Source: a virus. From it: a DNA stretch of 10,522 nucleotides. The position numbers were made by a program, and so were the translations under genes. The notes beneath the pieces were generated by a model. That model saw only the letters and a list, made by a program, of their open reading frames with translations. It was not told the DNA's origin and made no database searches. The DNA lies in UHGV virus genome UHGV-1718161. One strand, written 5' to 3'. Positions 1 to 6,052 of the stretch are shown here, one piece after another; the stretch's first letter is position 1, and every line of letters begins with the position of its first letter.

Positions 1-81
1 ACTCTTACCAGCAAACGCCCCTTTGTTGGGGTGTCGCCAGTACGTGTTCACGCTGGGCGGGAAAGGCAGGATCAGCTTCAT
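1..81 (-). CDS. rusA: RusA-family Holliday-junction resolvase, N-terminal 27 codons only (gene continues beyond the window start)
   Basis: Reverse complement of 1-81 reads ATG(81-79) MKLILPFPPSVNTYWRHPNKGAFAGKS. The L-P-x-P-P-S-x-N-x-Y-W-R pattern matches the N-terminal motif of RusA as I recall it (LPWPPSNNRYYR). The ATG overlaps the upstream stop (ATGA at 78-81), suggesting translational coupling. Too short to be certain. Confidence 0.45.
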   Translation of the reverse strand, partial: MKLILPFPPSVNTYWRHPNKGAFAGKS

Positions 82-404
82 ACTTTCAGGCCCCTCTCAT
101 GTAACCAGTGGGCTGCACGCAGCCTGGCGTTTTCCTCACCGACAAGCAGTGAGCGGATAATCCCGACCGCCTCGCTGTCGTCGTCCTTCACCGCGGTATG
201 AAGCGTGATGCCCCGGGCCACGCCACGCTTTATCGTGATGACGCCTTTTTTCTCCAGTGCGCGAAGATGCTCTACCGCTGCATTCACTGAACGGTATCCC
301 AGCATGGTTGCCACCTCCTGATTGGTTGGCGGAAAGCCACGCTCTTTCTGATAAGAAATCAGCATATCCAGCACCTGCTGCTGGCATTGAGTTAACGTCG
401 TCAT
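78..404 (-). CDS. LexA N-terminal DNA-binding-domain-like protein (winged HTH), no S24 peptidase domain
   Basis: ORF track 78..437 starts at a GTG; I prefer the in-frame ATG at 404-402 (MTTLTQCQQQVLDMLISYQKERGFPPTNQEVATMLGYRSVNAAVEHLRALEKKGVITI...). This aligns with the LexA N-terminus and recognition helix as I recall them (MKALTARQQEVFDLI...RSPNAAEEHLKALARKGVIEI). Only about 40 residues follow, so there is no cleavage/peptidase domain. TAATG overlap with the upstream gene stop. Confidence 0.6.
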   Translation of the reverse strand: MTTLTQCQQQVLDMLISYQKERGFPPTNQEVATMLGYRSVNAAVEHLRALEKKGVITIKRGVARGITLHTAVKDDDSEAVGIIRSLLVGEENARLRAAHWLHERGLKV

Positions 405-892
405 TACGCCCCCACGTAATTCCCTGACAGATACCACTCATCACTCGATACAGCGCGCTTGCTGCTTTTCCGTAAACACTGCTCACGACGCGCCAGAAAA
501 TTGTTTCGTTCTGGCTGGGAATGGCTTTCACGGAATGCCGCCATCCACACCGTTGCAGCACGACGGTATAAGCCCCTGGACTCCAGTTCTTCAGCCTGGC
601 GGGTCAGGCACAAAATCTCCCGCGGGTCGTTAGTGCCGACATAGAAATTGCGCACAGGTCTGGTTTCACGAACTGGTTGCGGTTCCGCCTCCTGCGCTCT
701 CTCAGTCAGGCGCGGGAAATGTCTGCGTGTATCCCCTTCACAACGGTGAGCCACACGACCACTCTGACGTAACTTGCTTGCTGACTGCAGAACGCGCTGC
801 CGTGAGTAACCTGCAAAAGCATCCGCAATGTCTCCGGAAGTACACCCCGGATGGGCTTCAATGTATTTCTGAACTTCATTCAAAAGACTCAT
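404..892 (-). CDS. small putative transcriptional regulator (winged-helix-like N-terminus, PerC/ANR-like C-terminal motif); function uncertain
   Basis: ORF track 404..898 begins at a GTG; the first ATG is at 892-890, preceded by GGGGG and lying 2 nt after the replication-gene stop. The C-terminal segment ...RGLYRRAATVWMAAF... resembles the RRAA-W motif of PerC/ANR-type regulators (recalled, weak). Confidence 0.5.
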   Translation of the reverse strand: MSLLNEVQKYIEAHPGCTSGDIADAFAGYSRQRVLQSASKLRQSGRVAHRCEGDTRRHFPRLTERAQEAEPQPVRETRPVRNFYVGTNDPREILCLTRQAEELESRGLYRRAATVWMAAFRESHSQPERNNFLARREQCLRKSSKRAVSSDEWYLSGNYVGA

Positions 893-894
893 GA

Positions 895-1836
895 TCACCC
901 CCTGAATCCTGCCGGGATCTGGCTGTAGTCCACGTTGTCGTAACTGGCTTTGAAGTACGGGTCTTCGCGTTTTTCGGTGTACGTGCTGACGGACGGCGAT
1001 AAGCGCAGGGAAAGCTCATCCCATTTTTCCCGCAGCTTCGACGGGCTGAGCACGTTACGGCACCAGAACGGATCGCGGCTGACGCGGCTGTACATCTCGC
1101 AGATTTGTTTGTGAGTACGACCATCCTGCACACACATCAGGCGAATTTCGTTTGCCCAGGCTGTCCAGTTCGGTTCTTTGGGACGAACCACCTCGCCGTC
1201 ACATTCGGCGGCCTGCTCGTACAGGGCGATGATTTTTTTCCAGAGCCACTGTGCGCAGGTCAAATCATCCTGCGTTCCCCACTGGCGCTTTTTAGGGCTG
1301 AATACAACCGCATTAGGATGGCGAGTTAAAAACTCCTGTTCAGCCGTCTGCGTGTCCGGTTGCGAAGCGTCCGGACGAGAAGTTTTTTTATCTGACGGAT
1401 CATGTTTTGATTTTACTGACGGATCCCCGCCAGATTCTGACGGGTGAAAACCCGCTTTTTTGCCAGATTTCGACGCATCAAATTTTGACGGGTCAGATTT
1501 TGATGCGTCAGATTTTGACGGGTCAGAATCTGACAATTGAGAAAATGCCGCTGCCTGAAGCTTCGCAACGTTAAGCTGATAAACATTCGACGCATTGCGG
1601 TTACCCTGGCGACGCGCCTTACGCGTTAACCAGCCTTCTGCTTCCAGCCGTGCGATAGCCGTTCTGACGGTACTCATCCCCGCGCCAATCTGACGGGCAA
1701 TGGTTTCAATTGATGGCCAGCACACACCTTCGTCATTACTGAAATCAGCCAGGCGGGCCATAATTGCCACGCTGGATAATTTCATGCCTGACGCAGCGCA
1801 ACCATCCCATACATAGCCGGTTAATTTAGTGCTCAT
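895..1836 (-). CDS. phage replication initiation protein (lambda O-like / replisome organizer) with internal origin iterons
   Basis: 313-aa ORF; ATG at 1836-1834 with GAGG upstream. N-terminal winged-HTH-like segment (SSVAIMARLADFSNDEGVCWPSIETIARQIGAGMSTVRTAIARLEAEGWL). Central low-complexity pentapeptide repeats (DPSKS/DASKS) are encoded by 15-bp DNA direct repeats, the arrangement lambda uses for ori inside O. Sits downstream of cro/CII as expected. Confidence 0.8.
   Translation of the reverse strand: MSTKLTGYVWDGCAASGMKLSSVAIMARLADFSNDEGVCWPSIETIARQIGAGMSTVRTAIARLEAEGWLTRKARRQGNRNASNVYQLNVAKLQAAAFSQLSDSDPSKSDASKSDPSKFDASKSGKKAGFHPSESGGDPSVKSKHDPSDKKTSRPDASQPDTQTAEQEFLTRHPNAVVFSPKKRQWGTQDDLTCAQWLWKKIIALYEQAAECDGEVVRPKEPNWTAWANEIRLMCVQDGRTHKQICEMYSRVSRDPFWCRNVLSPSKLREKWDELSLRLSPSVSTYTEKREDPYFKASYDNVDYSQIPAGFRG
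1431..1538. repeat. iteron array (about 6 tandem 15-16-bp direct repeats, consensus CAGATTTTGACGGGT) inside the replication gene; probable phage origin of replication
   Basis: Seen directly: cagattctgacgggtg (1431-1446), ccagatttcgacgcat (1463-1478), caaattttgacgggt (1479-1493), cagattttgatgcgt (1494-1508), cagattttgacgggt (1509-1523), cagaatctgacaatt (1524-1538). Degenerate CTGACGGAT copies lie at about 1391-1400 and 1416-1424. Confidence 0.65.
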
Positions 1837-1845
1837 GACCGACCT

Positions 1846-2184
1846 CTATTTCCCTGAATTTACGACGAAACTGTTCGAGCGGACTGAAGCATTCATGCTC
1901 ATAGCCTTCGCGGAGGTAGATAACCCGTTGTGTTTCCGGCTCCCAACGAATGACTCTGACGGGTACTCCGTAGTGATCTTTGAACCAGCGGTTAACTTGT
2001 CGCAAAGGACTGTCTCCTTTTGCCGGTTAAAATCACCCACAGCCCACTCTGCAAAGCTGTGGGTTACAATTACCCTGCCACCTGGTACATTTACTGCATA
2101 GCAATACTCCACCTTCGCTTTTCCACCCGGTACAGGAAGCGCAATCAGTTGCGAGCGACGGTAGTGTGTTGTTAAACTGTTCAT
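1846..2184 (-). CDS. hypothetical phage early protein (112 aa)
   Basis: ATG at 2184-2182 overlaps the stop of the upstream CII-like gene (ATGA), with GGAGAA 8 nt upstream. No family recognised. The plus-strand ORF 1829..2101 on the same DNA is rejected in its favour. Confidence 0.55.
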   Translation of the reverse strand: MNSLTTHYRRSQLIALPVPGGKAKVEYCYAVNVPGGRVIVTHSFAEWAVGDFNRQKETVLCDKLTAGSKITTEYPSESFVGSRKHNGLSTSAKAMSMNASVRSNSFVVNSGK

Positions 2185-2732
2185 GCGTTAGTTTCTCCAC
2201 AGTCACGACACGCCACGGCGCCCGGAGCTGCACACTCGCGGGCGTCACTACTTTCTGAAACGCAAAAGATTTTGTAGACCAGAGCTGCATGCTCCTGCAG
2301 CTTCGAAATTGAGAGGTACAGCTCATCGTTAATTGCTGTCTTCTCATGCGGTTCCACTACACCGTCTTCAATTGCTGAACGAATCTGTCTGGAATAACTG
2401 CCGATCTGTTCAATGACTTCCAGCAGACGCTGGTTAATATCGGCATTGTCCACATCCTCGACGTCAGGAAGAGACACAAAGATGCCATTTGCAGACTGCG
2501 CCACAGCGTCAGCAATGAAGTGAGTTCCACCAGCACGTTGCAAAATCATTGCCCATCCCAGCGGGAAAATCTGATCGCCATCGGCACGAAGGCGGTTAAA
2601 TAATGCGTTCTCTGTTACGTCCAGCCAGTCAGCAGCTTCAGCGTAACCCCCCGGCAACGCTGCGATAGTTTTTCTGACAGCTTTCACGTACCACTCAGGC
2701 TGTTTTTCTACTTTCCAGTGATGCTTACCCAC
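2181..2732 (-). CDS. CII-like phage regulatory protein (phage 186 CII / CP76-type), 183 aa
   Basis: ORF track runs to 2843 but that would overlap cro. GTG at 2732-2730 with GAGGAG 6 nt upstream starts 29 nt after the cro stop. Residue pattern (...[21 protein letters not shown]...FIADAVAQ...) resembles the 186-type CII family as I remember it; family assignment is moderate. Confidence 0.6.
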   Translation of the reverse strand: MGKHHWKVEKQPEWYVKAVRKTIAALPGGYAEAADWLDVTENALFNRLRADGDQIFPLGWAMILQRAGGTHFIADAVAQSANGIFVSLPDVEDVDNADINQRLLEVIEQIGSYSRQIRSAIEDGVVEPHEKTAINDELYLSISKLQEHAALVYKIFCVSESSDARECAAPGAVACRDCGETNA

Positions 2733-2760
2733 GGTTAACTCCTCGTTTCTGTGGTTACGT

Positions 2761-3024
2761 TTACGCAGCTGAACCGCTAACTTTTGAATAGCACTCAGGT
2801 AATCCATCATTTGGATTGGGGTAAATATCAGGACGCAGTTCATGAGGGGTCACGGACCAGTTTCCCAACTCACAAAGTTGTAAAACCCGTTCTGACGGGA
2901 CTTGATTGTTAATTACCCAATTAGCGACGGATTGAGTGGACTTAAAACCAAAGTGACGGGCTACTTCAGATAAAGATTTTCCCGCAGCTTTTACTGCTTT
3001 CTCTGTGTAGTTTTGAGATGACAT
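2761..3024 (-). CDS. cro: Cro-like HTH regulator (YdaS/Cro family)
   Basis: 87-aa ORF divergent from the cI-like gene; ATG at 3024-3022 with GGAGGAG upstream. HTH segment (LSEVARHFGFKSTQSVANWV) and the ...ERVLQLCELGNWSVTPHELRPD... pattern typical of YdaS/Cro-type proteins (recalled). Confidence 0.8.
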   Translation of the reverse strand: MSSQNYTEKAVKAAGKSLSEVARHFGFKSTQSVANWVINNQVPSERVLQLCELGNWSVTPHELRPDIYPNPNDGLPECYSKVSGSAA

Positions 3025-3056
3025 ACCTTTCTCCTCCGAAATTCAGAGGGATGATG

Positions 3057-3092
3057 CTACTTAAAATAGCAAAATGCAACTACTTAAAATAG
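3057..3092. promoter_or_regulatory. OR-like operator/promoter region between divergent cro and cI: two copies of the 13-bp site CTACTTAAAATAG
   Basis: Seen directly: ctacttaaaatag at 3057-3069 and again at 3080-3092 (centres 23 bp apart), in the 70-bp gap between the cro start (3024) and the cI start. Related 13-mers with the same CTA...TAG ends occur at 3893-3905 and 5305-5317. Confidence 0.5.
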
Positions 3093-3094
3093 AA

Positions 3095-3835
3095 ATGACT
3101 AGCGTATGTGATGCGAGTAATCTTCTACCTATGGTAGAAGAACAGAAGTATCCAGATTTCGCCAAGAGACTAAACGAGCTAATGACAAACAAGGGAATTT
3201 CTGTCACCCAACTCAAAAGTCTTGTGGGCGTTACATATGAAATGGCGCGGCGATACACAATCGGCGCTGCGAAGCCTCGTGCCTCTGTCATGAATAAACT
3301 TGCATTGGCTCTGGGGGTATCAGCTTCATATTTAGAATATGGTGTTGGCGAGAGAGAAGGATGTAAGGAAATGGCAAGCATCCCCAATCCAACAAAACCC
3401 GATGTATACAGGATAGAAGTTTTGGATCTTAGCGTTAGCGCAGGACCTGGGACCTATATGCTTTCAGACTATGTTGATGTGCTCTACGCCATTGAGTTCA
3501 CAACAGAGCATGCCCGTTCTCTTTTCGGTAATCGTTCTCAAGATGATATTAAAGTTATGACTGTAAATGGCGACAGCATGTCCCCTACTCTAGTTTCCGG
3601 AGATCGACTGTTTGTCGACATTTCTGTTCGCAACTTCCAAACTGATGGTGTTTACTCTTTCGTTTATGGTAAGACGTTCCACGTTAAACGTCTACAAATG
3701 CAAGGCAACAAACTCGCCGTTCTTTCGGATAATCCAGCCTATGAGAAATGGTACATTGATGAGAAGTCCCAAGATCAACTTTATGTTATGGGCAAAGCAT
3801 TGATACACGAATCAATTAAATACAACCGGCTTTAG
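3095..3835 (+). CDS. cI: cI-type prophage repressor (N-terminal XRE-family HTH, C-terminal LexA-like S24 peptidase domain)
   Basis: HTH (FAKRLNELMTNKGISVTQLKSLVGVTYEMARRY), S24 serine motif (VNGDSMSPTL) and downstream catalytic Lys (FHVKRL). Start is ambiguous: the ORF-track ATG at 3074 lies between the two operator copies, so I prefer ATG 3095 (leaderless-style); ATG 3131 is also possible. Stop TAG 3833-3835. Confidence 0.85.
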   Translation: MTSVCDASNLLPMVEEQKYPDFAKRLNELMTNKGISVTQLKSLVGVTYEMARRYTIGAAKPRASVMNKLALALGVSASYLEYGVGEREGCKEMASIPNPTKPDVYRIEVLDLSVSAGPGTYMLSDYVDVLYAIEFTTEHARSLFGNRSQDDIKVMTVNGDSMSPTLVSGDRLFVDISVRNFQTDGVYSFVYGKTFHVKRLQMQGNKLAVLSDNPAYEKWYIDEKSQDQLYVMGKALIHESIKYNRL

Positions 3836-4006
3836 TTCTTCGTTTAGACTATAGAACTAAAGGTAAAAAAAATAATATTTAGCAAGCAAGTGCTATTACT
3901 AATAGTTGTTTTACTCTCTTATTTTTATTAAACATTATCATTAACAATATAAAATAATTACCCAGCGTAAATTACAATATGCTGGGGGTCGAAAGGATAG
4001 AGAAAC

Positions 4007-5083
4007 ATGACAAAATCAATTTGTTTTTTTAATCATAAAGGTGGGGTAAGTAAAACCACAACAACCTTCAATCTTGGATGGGCACTTGCGGATGAAGGCA
4101 AGAAAGTATTGATGGTTGACCTTGATTCGCAATGTAATCTAACAGGAATGGTTCTTGGCTATGAAAAGATTGATGAGGGTTTAGATTCTTTTTATTCTAG
4201 CAGAGATAACTTAACTCTTGGACCTATTGTAGAATATTTGATTAATGGCGGACAACCTGAAGCATACCTTGAAAAAGAAACGGGAAAATTACACCCTACA
4301 CTGCATGAAAACCTTCTGCTTCTTCCCGGACATTTAGATGTTTCGGACTTAGATTCACAGATAAGTGTTTCTCTAAAAATTGCTGCTGGTATTCCTGCTA
4401 CAAGAAATATACCAGGGAACCTGCCAAAAATATTACAGCTAATCGCCTTGAAGAATAATATTGATTACATTCTTTATGATCTCAGCCCTAATGTTGGAGG
4501 TTTAAATGAAGTAGTTCTCATGTCAAGTGACTATTTTATCGTACCTGTAGCTCCAGACTTTTTTTGCTGGCAAGCAATTCGCTCTCTCTCAAAAAATATA
4601 CCTCGCTGGCACAAAGAATTAGCATTATTTAAAGAAAATAATGATGGTAACTCTTCACAATCAATTAAAAATGCACCGCAGTTTCTAGGTATGATTCAGC
4701 AGAGATACAGGCCGCGTAAAGGAGCACCTGTAAAATCTTTCGAAAAATGGATGGCAGCTATCCGTGATGCTGTTGATTCGATCTTAGTGCCAAATCTAGA
4801 AAAAATTACCTGCATAATTCCACGAGATAAAGTGCAACATGCAATTAACAAAACAACAGTCAGTGGAGATTTATCAGCCTATGATCTTGCGCATATTTCC
4901 GATTTCAACTCATTAATCGCAATAAGCCAACAACTAGCGACACCTGTTTTCTCCATCAGTGATCAGCAAATTCGCGATTCAGGGCAATTTGGGCATGCCT
5001 TAAATACAATGAAATCAAGCAGAGACGCCTTTAACGAACAATTTAAAGGGCTGGCTCAACGAGTTCTAGAACTTACAAAGTAA
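4007..5083 (+). CDS. ParA/MinD-superfamily ATPase with a roughly 120-aa C-terminal extension (358 aa); candidate lysogen-expressed exclusion/defence protein
   Basis: Deviant Walker A NHKGGVSKTT (res 9-18), ParA-type LMVDLDSQCNL, Walker-B-like ILYDLSP. AAGGA/GAGAAA RBS before ATG 4007. Sits in a visibly AT-rich segment directly downstream of cI in the same orientation and is followed by an intrinsic terminator. No ParB-like partner ORF or parS-like repeats nearby. Confidence 0.85.
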   Translation: MTKSICFFNHKGGVSKTTTTFNLGWALADEGKKVLMVDLDSQCNLTGMVLGYEKIDEGLDSFYSSRDNLTLGPIVEYLINGGQPEAYLEKETGKLHPTLHENLLLLPGHLDVSDLDSQISVSLKIAAGIPATRNIPGNLPKILQLIALKNNIDYILYDLSPNVGGLNEVVLMSSDYFIVPVAPDFFCWQAIRSLSKNIPRWHKELALFKENNDGNSSQSIKNAPQFLGMIQQRYRPRKGAPVKSFEKWMAAIRDAVDSILVPNLEKITCIIPRDKVQHAINKTTVSGDLSAYDLAHISDFNSLIAISQQLATPVFSISDQQIRDSGQFGHALNTMKSSRDAFNEQFKGLAQRVLELTK

Positions 5084-5090
5084 TGCATGT

Positions 5091-5127
5091 GCCCGGCCGC
5101 ATAACCGGGCTTTACTCTTCTTTCTCC
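5091..5127 (+). terminator. rho-independent terminator after the ParA-like gene
   Basis: GCCCGG (5091-5096), loop ccgcataa, CCGGGC (5105-5110), followed by a T-rich tract tttactcttctttct. Confidence 0.6.
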
Positions 5128-5268
5128 CTGATTAATCTCATAAAAAACTCCCTCCTCATAATTCACTATGCTCAATACCTACTCCAACTTCGTGCGATAT
5201 TTTCAGTTTACAGCATAGTAAATCAGCAAAAACATTTAACTTTCAATTAATTATAGAAAAATCATAGA

Positions 5269-5326
5269 CAACAACAAATATCTACTTTTTGTTGTTGATT
5301 TTTGCTACTTTAAGTAGCAACATAAT
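5269..5326 (+). promoter_or_regulatory. pL/OL-like regulatory region: two adjacent palindromes plus a -10-like CATAAT
   Basis: Inverted repeat caacaacaaa (5269-5278) / tttgttgttg (5288-5297). Perfect 19-bp palindrome ttgctacttTaagtagcaa (5302-5320) containing the operator-like 13-mer CTACTTTAAGTAG (5305-5317). CATAAT at 5321-5326, TTGATT at 5295-5300 (spacing not ideal). Position mirrors lambda oL/pL after the rex slot. Confidence 0.35.
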
Positions 5327-5404
5327 GTAAGCTATCACGGACAGGCAGGACGCCCACGAAGTAGCCTCCTGGGACATATGAAGTCCAGGATGATTCGTTA
5401 GCAA

Positions 5405-5428
5405 CAAAAAAGCGCCCTACAGGACGCT
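5405..5428 (-). terminator. rho-independent terminator of the minus-strand 173-aa gene
   Basis: On the minus strand: AGCGTCC-TGTA-GGGCGCT (7-bp stem with one G-U pair) followed by TTTTTTGTTGC, about 40 nt after the stop at 5471. Confidence 0.55.
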
Positions 5429-5430
5429 TA

Positions 5431-5443
5431 GCTCTTTAACAAT
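5431..5443 (+). promoter_or_regulatory. boxA-like antitermination motif (GCTCTTTAACAAT), rrn/phage-21-type
   Basis: Plus-strand gcttaGCTCTTTAACAATctggg matches the rrn boxA core TGCTCTTTAACAA and resembles the phage 21 nut boxA as I recall it. Lies about 110 nt downstream of the pL-like palindrome and 2 nt after a hairpin (boxB-before-boxA order, as in rrn leaders). Confidence 0.4.
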
Positions 5444-5470
5444 CTGGGTATCATCCAACCAATGCAAGAT

Positions 5471-5992
5471 TTAAGGAATCCAAGGCGAATTCAGATCTCG
5501 CCCCAACTCACGTAATGATCTTGGTCGTTCGTACATCGGATTTTTTTCCATAAGAAATTTATTTTCACAGTGAAGGCAACGGCTTGTAAGAAAATGAGAA
5601 GTTTTACCTACTGGAAGCGGATGAAGTATCGATTTTATATTTTTGGAATAACAAAGTGGGCACAGATGCACAGTTATTTCTTTTCCACTCACAATTTCAT
5701 TTTTAGAGTAAACAAAAGCACCAGAGTCAAGCTGATCAAGGACATATCCTTCTACCTTGGCACAAAAATCTTCAAACTCTGCAATTTTTGCTTTGAGATG
5801 CATCACCTCTTCATCACGAAGGCGGATCGCATCGCCAAGAGAGAAGCATTCTGCCTGAAGCGTGATTAGTTTGTTCTGGAGTTCAATGGTTGCAGCTTTA
5901 ACTTCTGCATCCGTTTTCGCGTCATTAATAACCTTAGCAAGACCGGCAGTCTCCTTTATAGCGGCCATAGCCGCAGACAGTTCAGCTATCAC
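5471..5992 (-). CDS. hypothetical coiled-coil protein with a C-terminal C4 zinc ribbon (173 aa)
   Basis: N-terminal 80 residues are Ala/Lys/Glu-rich and helical; CPLC (111-114) and CLHC (139-142) form CxxC-x24-CxxC. ORF-track start is a GTG at 5992; the first ATG is at 5968-5966, neither with a strong SD. Own terminator downstream. Antisense plus-strand ORFs (5570..5869, 5862..6056) look like low-complexity shadows. Confidence 0.7.
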   Translation of the reverse strand: MIAELSAAMAAIKETAGLAKVINDAKTDAEVKAATIELQNKLITLQAECFSLGDAIRLRDEEVMHLKAKIAEFEDFCAKVEGYVLDQLDSGAFVYSKNEIVSGKEITVHLCPLCYSKNIKSILHPLPVGKTSHFLTSRCLHCENKFLMEKNPMYERPRSLRELGRDLNSPWIP

Positions 5993-6008
5993 GTTGAATA
6001 CTCAGCTA

Positions 6009-6052
6009 GTTGTTGGGGATATCCAGATTAACCAAATCCTTGTTGTTGGGGA
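6009..6052. repeat. two direct copies of GTTGTTGGGGA flanked by CTAG, in the promoter region of the 173-aa gene
   Basis: gttgttgggga at 6009-6019 (followed by tat) and at 6042-6052 (followed by ata), 33 bp apart; ctag at 6005-6008 and 6057-6060. Confidence 0.45.

Noticed and set aside
136-1133. Minus-strand ORFs 136..561 and 876..1133, and plus-strand ORFs 459..644 and 1105..1447
   Set aside because: Alternative-frame or antisense overlaps of the better-supported coupled genes; Arg/Gly/Ser-rich or low-complexity translations.
1413-1595. 60-aa minus-strand ORF with NLTRQ repeats
   Set aside because: An artefact of reading the iteron direct repeats in another frame.
1829-2101. Plus-strand 90-aa ORF in the early-right region
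   Set aside because: Antisense to the translationally coupled minus-strand genes (ATGA overlap at 2181-2184, RBS present); no RBS or context of its own. Probably a shadow ORF.
3074-3094. ORF-track start of cI at ATG 3074
   Set aside because: This ATG sits between the two operator copies with no RBS, and a start there would place an operator inside the coding sequence. ATG 3095 (or 3131) fits HTH spacing better; the end coordinate is unaffected.
3561-3576. SOS-box-like CTGT-N8-ACAG (CTGTAAATGGCGACAG) inside the cI coding sequence
   Set aside because: It lies within the conserved S24 motif codons (TVNGDS), and the spacer is not the AT-rich TATATATA type. Most likely a coincidence of coding constraints, although binding by the LexA-like protein cannot be excluded without testing.
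2033-3803. Shadow ORFs 2033..2347 (-), 3061..3387 (-), 3612..3803 (+)
   Set aside because: Lie inside or antisense to the hypothetical and cI genes with no independent support.
3833-3859. Inverted repeat TAGTTCT...AGAACTA at the cI stop as a terminator
   Set aside because: Short stem, 13-nt loop, and followed by an A-rich rather than T-rich tract; cI is more likely read through into the ParA-like gene or terminated at 5091-5127.
4007-5083. Interpretation of the ParA-like gene as a plasmid-type partition system (as in N15/P1 plasmid prophages)
   Set aside because: No ParB partner, no parS-like repeat array, and the element has a tyrosine integrase and a tRNA att site, so it is integrative.
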